A DNA stretch of 32,000 nt from Nanobdellota archaeon (GTDB lineage Archaea > Nanobdellota > Nanobdellia > Nanobdellales > Nanobdellaceae), in contig AP031373.1 of the NCBI GenBank assembly GCA_042850255.1, forward strand, positions 420,001-452,000, written 5' to 3'. The notes beneath the pieces were generated by a model, which was not told the DNA's origin, did not search any database, and saw only the letters and a program-made list of their open reading frames with translations. The translations under genes and the position numbers were made by a program. How positions within the stretch are numbered: position 1 is the first letter of the stretch; each line of letters starts with the position of its first letter. Below are positions 1 through 6,935 of this stretch, piece by piece.

Positions 1-149
1 ACAATATATCTAAAAATAATTTTGAAGTAAATATAGATGATAATAATAAAAAAATTGTTATTAATGTTAAAGATCTAAATTTAAGTAAGGAACAAAAAGA
101 AATAATAAAAAAGTTTATACCTGAGATAAAAGATTATAATATAGAGTAG
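1..149 (+). CDS. 3' end of an unidentified CDS entering from upstream of the window (partial)
   Basis: Frame 3 (codons from nt 3) is open for 48 codons from the window edge to TAG at 147-149 (NISKNNFEVNIDDNNKKIVINVKDLNLSKEQKEIIKKFIPEIKDYNIE*). Stop codons are frequent in DNA this AT-rich, so a run this long is unlikely by chance. No family recognised. The stop overlaps the first base of the tRNA. Confidence 0.45.
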   Translation, partial: NISKNNFEVNIDDNNKKIVINVKDLNLSKEQKEIIKKFIPEIKDYNIE

Positions 150-221
150 GGCCCGTAGCTTAGTTGGTAAAGCGTCGGGCTCTTAACCCGAAGATCGGGG
201 GTTCGAATCCCCCCGGGCCCG
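149..221 (+). tRNA. tRNA-Lys (anticodon CUU), no intron, no encoded CCA
   Basis: Hand-folded cloverleaf. Acceptor GGGCCCG/CGGGCCC. D arm GCTT-AGTTGGTA-AAGC. Anticodon stem TCGGG/CCCGA with loop CTCTTAA (anticodon CTT). Variable loop AGATC. T arm GGGGG-TTCGAAT-CCCCC. Discriminator G. All stems are fully Watson-Crick and GC-rich against an AT-rich background. Confidence 0.95.
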
Positions 222-431
222 GGTTCTTATTAAGGTTAAATAGAAAAAGGAATTTACGAGTATGTATATTAGAAGATTTTAAGGAATCCTATATCAAAAA
301 TTATTAAAACATATAAGATTTCTTGTACTTACTATTAGATATAATAATTTTTTGGAAGTTTATAATCTATAATATGTATAATTAGTCAAAACATTTATTT
401 GTTGTAATAACAATATTCTTTTATAATAAAG

Positions 432-920
432 ATGGTAAAAACAGCAATAGATTATTCGCATTCAAATATTGAACCAAAATATGTATTTGCCTTAGTGTCT
501 ACAGCAGATTCTATGATACCTAAATTATCTAATATGCTTATAAACCAATTAAGTATTAAACATTGGGCTAAACTTAGGAAAATAGAAAAGTCTCATTATG
601 CCGATAAGTTTTTAAGAAAATGGGATGATATAAAAGAGATTTTATATAGGGTAGATATTAAATTTTATTTTGATGATATAATAAAACAAAATAAGGATAT
701 AATAAATAATTCAACTGAAATTATAATTGATGATACTATATTTTCAAAGTATTTAAGAAAATATGAGGGAAAAGGAAAATTAATATTAGAAAAAGATGCG
801 CAAGGATTTAGAAAGGCATTTATAGATTTAGCAGATAATATATGTAATATTGTTAGATGGTTATGGAACAAAAAAGATAATTATAAAAAACAAATAATAT
901 TAGAAAAATTTATTAAATAA
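432..920 (+). CDS. hypothetical protein (162 aa), soluble, no recognisable family
   Basis: Long ORF in AT-rich DNA with K/I/N/D-rich composition like the neighbouring genes. No motif recognised. It lies in the tRNA-adjacent islet. Confidence 0.6.
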   Translation: MVKTAIDYSHSNIEPKYVFALVSTADSMIPKLSNMLINQLSIKHWAKLRKIEKSHYADKFLRKWDDIKEILYRVDIKFYFDDIIKQNKDIINNSTEIIIDDTIFSKYLRKYEGKGKLILEKDAQGFRKAFIDLADNICNIVRWLWNKKDNYKKQIILEKFIK

Positions 921-975
921 CTCCACCTCCCATTTCATCGCCCCTCCCATATAGGGAGGCCCGCTCCGGGAGGTG
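921..975. ncRNA. candidate small structured RNA (GC-rich island with nested helices); strand undetermined, minus slightly favoured
   Basis: This is the only majority-G+C non-coding stretch in the window apart from the tRNAs. CCTCCC occurs at 926-931 and 943-948, and GGGAGG at 954-959 and 968-973. The inner hairpin pairs 943-948 with 954-959 (loop ATATA). The outer 8-bp helix pairs 924-931 with 968-975. Asymmetric internal loops lie at 932-942 and 960-967. Confidence 0.45.
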
Positions 976-1139
976 TTAAATATAACTTTATATAGTTTAT
1001 AAACTTTATAAAGTTTATCTAAATTCAAAATGCTTAACAGCGAGTCTTTTATAAAAACTGATGTGAACAATAATATAAATTTATATAATTAAATAACTTA
1101 TAGAATATATTTAGGAGATAATACACAGAAATTAGAAAA

Positions 1140-1508
1140 TTATTTATGCTTTTTATATTCTTTTAATAATTCTTCATCAAATGTTTCTAAATTTGTATTT
1201 AACCTTAAAGCGGTATGTAATATTATATAATCGTTAAATTCATCATAACTTTTTGGTTTATTATTTATTGAAAAAATTATATCTTCTATTGAATTATCTA
1301 CAAATTCTACTTCTTCAGAATATAATAGATCTTTTATTATTGATAAATCGATATTGCTTTTCTTTAATATATATGTTAATTCTAAAATAGTTACTGTAGT
1401 CATTATTATTTTATCATATTTATTTATTATTTCTACAGCTTTTTTATGATTAGTATCATTTTTAACTAAATATGAAAATATAACGTTTGTATCTAATATT
1501 GAAATCAT
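1140..1508 (-). CDS. vapC: PIN-domain ribonuclease toxin VapC
   Basis: The N-terminal ILDTNVI motif carries the first PIN acidic residue. ILELTY supplies the conserved Glu, and the C-terminal half has D/E residues. Size is 122 aa. It overlaps the upstream AbrB-type gene by 4 nt, the classic vapBC layout. Confidence 0.85.
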   Translation of the reverse strand: MISILDTNVIFSYLVKNDTNHKKAVEIINKYDKIIMTTVTILELTYILKKSNIDLSIIKDLLYSEEVEFVDNSIEDIIFSINNKPKSYDEFNDYIILHTALRLNTNLETFDEELLKEYKKHK

Positions 1509-1762
1509 TTCTTTTCTATTTTATTTGTTAGTTCATTTATTATTTCATTAATTTCCCTATCAATATCCATACTTTTTATATTTGTACTTTCTATTATTCC
1601 TTCTAAATCTTTTAACTTTTTTCTTTTAGGTATTATTTTTATTTCATTATTATCATAAATCACAATAACTTTATCACCAATTTTTATTCCTAGTTCTTCA
1701 GCTATAATTTTTGGTATAGTAATTTGATAATTCCTAGTAACTTTTACTTCTTGCATTATCAT
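1505..1762 (-). CDS. vapB: AbrB/SpoVT-family antitoxin VapB
   Basis: The N-terminus VKVTRNYQITIPKIIAEELGIKIGDKVIV is a typical swapped-hairpin AbrB/MazE DNA-binding domain. It is 85 aa and translationally coupled to vapC. A TATA-like CTTTATATAC lies about 25-35 nt upstream on the minus strand. Confidence 0.85.
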   Translation of the reverse strand: MIMQEVKVTRNYQITIPKIIAEELGIKIGDKVIVIYDNNEIKIIPKRKKLKDLEGIIESTNIKSMDIDREINEIINELTNKIEKK

Positions 1763-1883
1763 ATAATAGAAATTATTGATAGTAGTATATAAAGTTTATT
1801 GAATACCTCCTTTATCGTATAAATTTTTATATTATTAAATTTATAATATAATACTTAAATTATCAAAAAATCTTAATAATATT

Positions 1884-1949
1884 ATGAAATCTATTTCTCC
1901 AATAATAGCAACCGTTATACTAATTGTTATAGTAGTTGCAAATTTTTAG
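1884..1949 (+). pseudogene. 21-codon stub encoding only an archaeal type IV pilin/archaellin-like class III signal peptide (MKSISPIIATVILIVIVVANF*)
   Basis: K-S/ISPIIATV(I/L)LI matches the conserved N-terminus of archaeal pilin-like proteins (prepilin peptidase site plus hydrophobic helix). The frame stops at TAG 1947-1949, directly after the helix. The +1 frame continues ...FRLVYVFLIDTLSGLFFFLQ..., which suggests a frameshifted or decayed gene. Confidence 0.5.
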
Positions 1950-1989
1950 ACTAGTATATGTATTTTTAATAGATACACTTAGTGGATTA

Positions 1990-2001
1990 TTTTTTTTTTT
2001 T
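1990..2001 (+). terminator. T12 homopolymer, candidate archaeal oligo-T terminator for the short plus-strand unit at 1884-1949
   Basis: An uninterrupted run of 12 T lies 40 nt downstream of the pilin stub stop. Archaeal RNA polymerase terminates at oligo-T tracts. On the minus strand the run reads A12 and is not a terminator for the convergent yjbQ-like gene. Confidence 0.45.
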
Positions 2002-2041
2002 ACAAATTCTAATATTAATAAAAAATCTATAATAGAATATT

Positions 2042-2449
2042 TTATTCTCCTATAATTGTTACAAATATTTTTCTTTCCCTTGGACCATCAAATTCTGCTA
2101 AAAATATCTCTTGCCAAGTTCCTTTATATAGATCTCCATCTTTTATTGGTAAAACATAAAACTGTTTAAATAATGAAGATAATAAATGAGAATCTGCATT
2201 ATTGTCTATTAAATTATGATAATATTTTTCATTTTCTGGAACTAGTTTTTCAAATAAATTTAAATAATCCTTTCTAATATTTTCTTCATCTTCATTTGCA
2301 AATAGACCTGCAGTAGCATGTGGTACAAATATTAATATTATTCCATTCTTTATTCCAGATTTTTTAACAATTTCTCTTATATTTTTAGTTATATTTATTA
2401 CTTCCTTCCTTTTATTTGTTTTTAAATAAAATTCTTCTTGATAGATCAT
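2042..2449 (-). CDS. YjbQ/UPF0047 family protein (secondary thiamine-phosphate synthase-like)
   Basis: It is 135 aa. The motifs GIILIFVPHATAGL...NEDE, ...NADSHL and ...GTWQEIFLAEFDGPRERKI are characteristic of UPF0047. Confidence 0.8.
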   Translation of the reverse strand: MIYQEEFYLKTNKRKEVINITKNIREIVKKSGIKNGIILIFVPHATAGLFANEDEENIRKDYLNLFEKLVPENEKYYHNLIDNNADSHLLSSLFKQFYVLPIKDGDLYKGTWQEIFLAEFDGPRERKIFVTIIGE

Positions 2450-2484
2450 TATATATTTTTAAGTTTATTATTTATAATGTTATA

Positions 2485-2688
2485 ATGAGATTTATTGAAG
2501 CTTTAAAGAAATCTTTTTTATTCATGGTTGGCGTGATAGGTTTTTTCATATTAATTATAATAGCTGCAGTGTTTATAACATTTGGTAGTATATATAATAG
2601 TCTATTTGGACAGGTTTTAGGATTTATAATATTATTTACAGCTATTGTATTACTTGTAGCATTAATTAAATGGATTAAGAAATCTTAA
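2485..2688 (+). CDS. small membrane protein (67 aa, two predicted TM helices)
   Basis: The tracked ORF starts at 2416 but overlaps the divergent yjbQ-like gene. The ATG at 2485 gives MRFIEALKK followed by two hydrophobic helices. No family recognised. Confidence 0.5.
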   Translation: MRFIEALKKSFLFMVGVIGFFILIIIAAVFITFGSIYNSLFGQVLGFIILFTAIVLLVALIKWIKKS

Positions 2689-2717
2689 TTTATATTATTT
2701 ATTTAAAATAAAAGATT

Positions 2718-3449
2718 ATGATAAAAGTAGGTACATGTGGTTTTCCAATATCAAGGAAAAAATATTATCAGGAATTCAATGTTATAGAATTAAATAATAC
2801 ATTTTATTCTATACCAGCTATAGAATGGGTTAAAAAAATTAGAAAAGAAGCACCAGAAAATTTTGAATTCACATTTAAAGCATTTCAAGGAATAACTCAT
2901 GATGTAAATTCATTTACGTGGAGAAGGTCTAATATAAAAAATTATAAAGAATTAAAGGGAAAAGTTGGATATTTAAGAAATACAAAGGAAGTATTTGAAT
3001 TTTGGGAAAAACAAGAAGAAATCGCAAATATATTAAAGGCAAAAATTATTGTAATACAATTACCAAATTCATTTAAAGATAATGAAGAAAATATAAAAAA
3101 TGCATATAATTTTTTTAATTCTATAAATAAAAAATATAAAATTGCAATTGAATTGAGAGGATGGAGTAAAGAAAATAGGAAAAGAATATGTAAAGAATTT
3201 GATTTAATAGATATTGTAGATATAAATGTAGAAGATCCTGTATATGATTCTAATATAAAATATTATAGATTACATGGTTTGCATGAAAATAATAAATTAA
3301 TATATAATTATGATTATTCTATCGAAGAATTAAATAAAATAAGAGAAAAAGTATTAAAATATAATAGAGAAGAAACTTATGTTATGTTCAATAATTCAAT
3401 GATGTATAAAAATGCAAAAGAATTTTTAGAATTAATAAAAAATGTATAA
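2718..3449 (+). CDS. DUF72 (UPF0759) family protein
   Basis: The N-terminal VGTCGFP... and ...YYQEFNVIELNNTFYSIP, and the internal FEFTFKAFQGITH, are typical of DUF72. Size is 243 aa. Confidence 0.75.
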   Translation: MIKVGTCGFPISRKKYYQEFNVIELNNTFYSIPAIEWVKKIRKEAPENFEFTFKAFQGITHDVNSFTWRRSNIKNYKELKGKVGYLRNTKEVFEFWEKQEEIANILKAKIIVIQLPNSFKDNEENIKNAYNFFNSINKKYKIAIELRGWSKENRKRICKEFDLIDIVDINVEDPVYDSNIKYYRLHGLHENNKLIYNYDYSIEELNKIREKVLKYNREETYVMFNNSMMYKNAKEFLELIKNV

Positions 3450-4203
3450 TTATTTATTAAGAATAAGATATAATGGAGAAAATTATCATGGAATTGCATA
3501 TCAAAAAGGATTAAAAACTATATCTGGAGAAATATTAGATTATTTTGATATAAAAAATTTTAAATTATCAATTGTATCTAGAACAGATAAAGGGGTAAAT
3601 GCAGAAGAAAATTATATTGTAATTTCTACGGATAAAAATATTGATTTTTCAAATTTTCAAAATAATGATATAAAAATATTAAATGTATATAAATTAAAGG
3701 AATATGTAAATATTAGAAAATTTTCTACAGGTAAACTATATGAATATAGGTTATCTAAAAAGTTAATAGACAAAAAATATAAACCAAAATATTTAATAAA
3801 TTCAGAAAAAATTATAATAAATTCTGAAGAAAAGGAATTTGATATAAATAAATATATAGAAGGATCAAAACATTTTATTGGTAAAAAAAGTTTTCATAAT
3901 TTTGCAAAAGGAAAAGTAAATAATCCTATATGTAACATATATAAATTTGAAGTAAAAGAAGAAAATGATTATTATATAAATATTATAGAAGGTAATAGAT
4001 TTTTATATGAAATGATTAGAAGAATTATTACATTTTTAATATCCGTAGGTTCCAATTTATTTCCATTAGAATTAATTGATAAGGTTTTTGAATATAAATT
4101 AGATCCAAAACCATTTCCTGCAGATCCTAGATATTTAACATTAAAGAAAGTATACTTAGATTGGAATCAATTATATAAATATATAGAAGATATATTATTA
4201 TGA
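3442..4203 (+). CDS. truA: tRNA pseudouridine synthase A (TruA/Pus1 family), divergent
   Basis: The N-terminal RIRYNGENYHGIAYQ matches Y.G..F.G.Q. The catalytic-loop motif SRTDKGVNA matches GRTDAGVHA with the Asp retained. The C-terminal FLYEMIRRI resembles FL..MVR. It overlaps neighbours by 8 and 4 nt. Confidence 0.7.
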   Translation: MYNYLLRIRYNGENYHGIAYQKGLKTISGEILDYFDIKNFKLSIVSRTDKGVNAEENYIVISTDKNIDFSNFQNNDIKILNVYKLKEYVNIRKFSTGKLYEYRLSKKLIDKKYKPKYLINSEKIIINSEEKEFDINKYIEGSKHFIGKKSFHNFAKGKVNNPICNIYKFEVKEENDYYINIIEGNRFLYEMIRRIITFLISVGSNLFPLELIDKVFEYKLDPKPFPADPRYLTLKKVYLDWNQLYKYIEDILL

Positions 4204-4523
4204 TTCTTGTACTAACAACAGTTCCATATGGAAAAGGTGAAGAAATAGCAAAAAAGATATTGGAAAAAAGATATGCAGCATGTATAAATATAAAAGAGGT
4301 AAAATCATTTTATTGGGAAGAAAATAATATAAAGGAAGATAAGGAAGAATTATTAATAATAAAGACTAGAGAAGAAGTATTTGATATGCTAAAAGATTTT
4401 ATAAAATCTATACATCCATATAAAGTTCCTGAAATAATAGAAATTAAAGTAGATGATGGAAATAAAGAATATTTAGATTGGTTGGAAAATGAAACATCAT
4501 TAAAGAAAATAAGAAATGCTTGA
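4200..4523 (+). CDS. cutA: CutA1 divalent-cation tolerance protein
   Basis: It is 107 aa. AACINI, ...SFYWEE, ...EELLIIKT and ...IHPYKVPEIIEI are the conserved CutA1 blocks. Confidence 0.8.
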   Translation: MILVLTTVPYGKGEEIAKKILEKRYAACINIKEVKSFYWEENNIKEDKEELLIIKTREEVFDMLKDFIKSIHPYKVPEIIEIKVDDGNKEYLDWLENETSLKKIRNA

Positions 4524-5397
4524 AGATTTAAAAAAGGCTGCTGAAATTGCAAAAAAGGTTAGAAAGGATGCAGAAAATTTATTGAAACCTGGGGAAAGTA
4601 TATTGTATATTGCAGAATATATTGAGCAAAAAATAATAGATCTAGGTGGTTTCCCTGCATTTCCAGTAAATATATCTATAAATAATATTGCAGCTCATTA
4701 TACTCCAAAGGTTGATGATAATACAATATTAAAAGATGGGGATGTAGTAAAATTTGATTATGGAGTCCATATAAATGGATACTCGATAGATACCGCATTT
4801 ACTGTGGAAATAAATGATAACAAATATAAAGATTTGATAGAAGCTTCTAGACAAGCATTGGAAAATGTAAAGAAAATAATAAGAAAAGACATAGAATTAT
4901 ATAAAATAGGAGAAACGGTAGAAAATACAATAAAATCTTTTGGTTATAAACCAATATATAATTTATCTGGGCATGGTATAAAAAGATATGTATTACATGC
5001 GGATATTATGATACCAAATTATAATAATAATTCTAAATCAAAATTATCTGAAGGAATTTATGCAATAGAACCATTTGCTACTAATGGATCTGGATATGTG
5101 AAAGATTATATACCTTCAGGAATATATGAAATAATATCAGATAAACCTATTAGAGATCCAACCGCTAAAAAATTATTCAATGAATTATATCAAAAGTATA
5201 ATACATTACCTTTTGCTTATAGATGGATATATAAAGATTATAAAGATAAAATAAACATAAAAATTGCTATGGAATATCTAAAAAGAAATGGTAATATTTA
5301 TGAACATCCGGTCCTAATAGAACAATCTAATGGAATAGTATCTCAATTCGAAACAACATTTTATATTGGTGACAAAGTTCTGGACCTCATGGAATAA
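4516..5397 (+). CDS. map: methionine aminopeptidase, type 2 (archaeal/eukaryotic type)
   Basis: It is 293 aa. FPVNISINNIAAHYTP, DVVKFDYGVHINGYSIDTAFT (the two metal-binding Asp), SGHGI and AIEPFAT (metal Glu) are present. The length and insert are typical of archaeal MetAP2. Confidence 0.9.
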   Translation: MLEDLKKAAEIAKKVRKDAENLLKPGESILYIAEYIEQKIIDLGGFPAFPVNISINNIAAHYTPKVDDNTILKDGDVVKFDYGVHINGYSIDTAFTVEINDNKYKDLIEASRQALENVKKIIRKDIELYKIGETVENTIKSFGYKPIYNLSGHGIKRYVLHADIMIPNYNNNSKSKLSEGIYAIEPFATNGSGYVKDYIPSGIYEIISDKPIRDPTAKKLFNELYQKYNTLPFAYRWIYKDYKDKINIKIAMEYLKRNGNIYEHPVLIEQSNGIVSQFETTFYIGDKVLDLME

Positions 5398-5491
5398 TTT
5401 TGTAGGGACATGATATTAAGATCATGTTAAATCTACTTCATCTTTCCTTAAAACCAAAAGATTTTTATATATCTTCATTAATAATAATATT

Positions 5492-5719
5492 ATGGCAAAA
5501 AGGACAACACCAATTCCAGTAGCACCATTGTACAGAGTTTTGAGAAAGGCAGGTGCATCTAGGATAGGACAAGATGCAAAACTTGCTATGGTAGAAGCAG
5601 TATTACAAGTTGCAGATGCAATAGCTGAAAGAGCAGTAGAATTAGCAAAACACGCAGGTAGAAAGACAGTACATGAGGATGATATAAGATTAGCAATTAG
5701 AGAATTAAGAGGCATGTAA
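5492..5719 (+). CDS. archaeal histone (HMf family histone fold)
   Basis: PIAPLYRVLRKAGASRIGQDAKLAMVEAVLQVADAIAERAVELAKHAGRKTVHEDDIRLAI is a near-canonical archaeal histone-fold sequence (RKTV and DI.LA motifs). A TATA-like TTTTTATATAT lies about 25 nt upstream. The gene is locally GC-richer because of its Ala/Arg content. Confidence 0.92.
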   Translation: MAKRTTPIPVAPLYRVLRKAGASRIGQDAKLAMVEAVLQVADAIAERAVELAKHAGRKTVHEDDIRLAIRELRGM

Positions 5720-5889
5720 ATTCTCTTTTTATTTTTTATATATTTATATAAAATTTTTGTTCATGCTTTCTATATTTTTAAATTCTCTTTTATTTATATA
5801 AAGTCATAAAATTTATTTGAATAAATTTTAATACTACTTTAAATTAGGTACAGTATCATCTTTATAAAACATTGTTATATATAATTATT

Positions 5890-6507
5890 ATGGCATTTGT
5901 TGAAAGAAAGCCAATAGACTTCAAAAAAGAAAGGCCACAATTATTTGAAATGAAAGGAATATCAGCAAAAACTATAGAAGAGCATTTAAAGATATATGAA
6001 GGATATGTAAAGAAATATAATGAAATAAGCCAAAAATTAGAAAGTTTAACAGATGAAGATTATAATGCAGCAAATGTTACATATTCTTTAATAAGAGAAT
6101 TAAAAGTTGAATGGACTAGGGCATTTGGTGGTATGATAAATCATGAAATATACTTTGGTCATTTAGGTGGCTCTGGAGGAAAACCTGGAGGAGCATTAGG
6201 AACACAAATAGATAAAGATTTTGGATCATTTGATAAGTTTGTAAAAGAAATGAAGGCAACTGCAATGGGCGCAAGAGGTTGGGCATGGTTATTATGGTCT
6301 GATGATTTGAATAAACTAATAATTTCAATATCAGATGAGCAAAATACATATATGGTACAAAATTCAAAATTAATATTAGCGTTAGATGTATTTGAACATG
6401 CATATTATTTAGATTATGGAAGCAATAGAAAGGGGTATGTGGATGTATTCTTTGATAATGTAGATTGGACAGTAGTAGAAAAAAGGTTTGATAAATTGAA
6501 AATATAG
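5890..6507 (+). CDS. sod: Fe/Mn superoxide dismutase
   Basis: TIEEH...Y..YV aligns with the first ligand His and Tyr34 region. GGMINHEIYF holds the second ligand His, and LDVFEHAYYLDY holds the Asp and His ligands. The ATG at 5890 is preferred over the tracked TTG at 5872. The usual GKHH dyad is replaced by KIYE. Confidence 0.85.
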   Translation: MAFVERKPIDFKKERPQLFEMKGISAKTIEEHLKIYEGYVKKYNEISQKLESLTDEDYNAANVTYSLIRELKVEWTRAFGGMINHEIYFGHLGGSGGKPGGALGTQIDKDFGSFDKFVKEMKATAMGARGWAWLLWSDDLNKLIISISDEQNTYMVQNSKLILALDVFEHAYYLDYGSNRKGYVDVFFDNVDWTVVEKRFDKLKI

Positions 6508-6527
6508 TTTTTTTAATTTCTTTATAA

Positions 6528-6935
6528 ATGGTTTATAAAATAGATACTAGTAAATATGAAAGATATGATAATAATGAATGTATAAGATATAAAAAGGATA
6601 TTGGAGGATACTTTATATATCTTGAACAATATTCAATTTGCAAGGATTATGACCTAAAAGATAATCTGTCCAAGTTAGTTGATGAAATATTAAAAAATAA
6701 TAAGAAAATGAATATAAATATAAACGTGCATTATCCAAATAATGAAGCTAGAAAAATAAAAGAACTTCAAATATATGAAAATAGAGGATTTTTAATATTA
6801 TTTATGTTAGATTATATTGATGAGAATATGGTTATACCTTTTTTTAAGACTTTTGAAAATAATGAACAATTAAGAAAATATATAAAATCAAAAGTAATAA
6901 AAAAAGATTTAAGATTTTACTTAAAAGGAAGTTAA
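6528..6935 (+). CDS. hypothetical protein (135 aa)
   Basis: Long ORF whose stop overlaps the next start (TAATG at 6933-6937). No family recognised. Confidence 0.55.
   Translation: MVYKIDTSKYERYDNNECIRYKKDIGGYFIYLEQYSICKDYDLKDNLSKLVDEILKNNKKMNININVHYPNNEARKIKELQIYENRGFLILFMLDYIDENMVIPFFKTFENNEQLRKYIKSKVIKKDLRFYLKGS

Noticed and set aside
665-871. 68-aa minus-strand ORF inside ORF 432-920
   Set aside because: It is entirely antisense to a longer ORF. Its composition (F/I/S/L-rich) is typical of the reverse complement of K/E/N-rich AT-biased coding sequence. There is no promoter-like context.
999-1018. 20-bp perfect palindrome ATAAACTTTA/TAAAGTTTAT considered as an operator, att core or hairpin terminator
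   Set aside because: It is essentially two back-to-back copies of the generic TTTATAAA TATA-like motif. The half-site TATAAAGTTTAT recurs at 1788-1799 in the vapB promoter region. By rough estimate, a 12-mer of this composition has a non-trivial chance of recurring in 32 kb. I keep it only as possible promoter context for the GC island.
1030-1092. 20-codon ORF (MLNSESFIKTDVNNNINLYN) and a near C-box CTGATGTGA in the 976-1139 spacer
   Set aside because: It is too short, with no hydrophobic or conserved pattern. TGATGT is not a canonical C box, and no D box (CTGA) or terminal stem is suitably placed.
2416-2484. N-terminal 23 codons of the tracked ORF 2416-2688
   Set aside because: The extension overlaps the start of the divergent yjbQ-like gene and encodes no recognisable feature. 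The ATG at 2485 gives a clean two-TM protein.
4310-4552. 80-aa minus-strand ORF antisense to cutA/map
   Set aside because: It overlaps two well-supported plus-strand genes (CutA1 and MetAP2 motifs). It is a shadow ORF.
5408-5427. Inverted repeat ACATGAT-ATTAAG-ATCATGT after map
   Set aside because: It is only a 7-bp AT-rich stem. Archaeal termination does not require hairpins, and such repeats are expected by chance. It is not reported as a feature.
5422-5715. 97-aa minus-strand ORF opposite the histone gene
   Set aside because: The plus-strand frame encodes a near-canonical archaeal histone fold. The antisense frame is an Ala/Ser-rich low-complexity shadow created by the GC-richer histone codons.
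5717-5803. Imperfect direct repeat TAAATTCTCTTTT(T)ATT...TATTTATATAAA (5717-5753 and 5779-5803) downstream of the histone gene
   Set aside because: It is low-complexity T/A sequence with an 11-12 nt indel between copies. It is most simply oligo-T terminator plus TATA-like promoter sequence for sod, and is not distinctive enough to call a repeat element.
5872-5889. TTG start with six extra codons (MLYIII) for sod
   Set aside because: The in-frame ATG at 5890 (MAFVERKP...) is more plausible. The upstream codons are simply AT-rich promoter-like sequence.
6116-6403. 95-aa minus-strand ORF inside sod
   Set aside because: It is antisense to a gene with clear SOD ligand motifs and has no features of its own.
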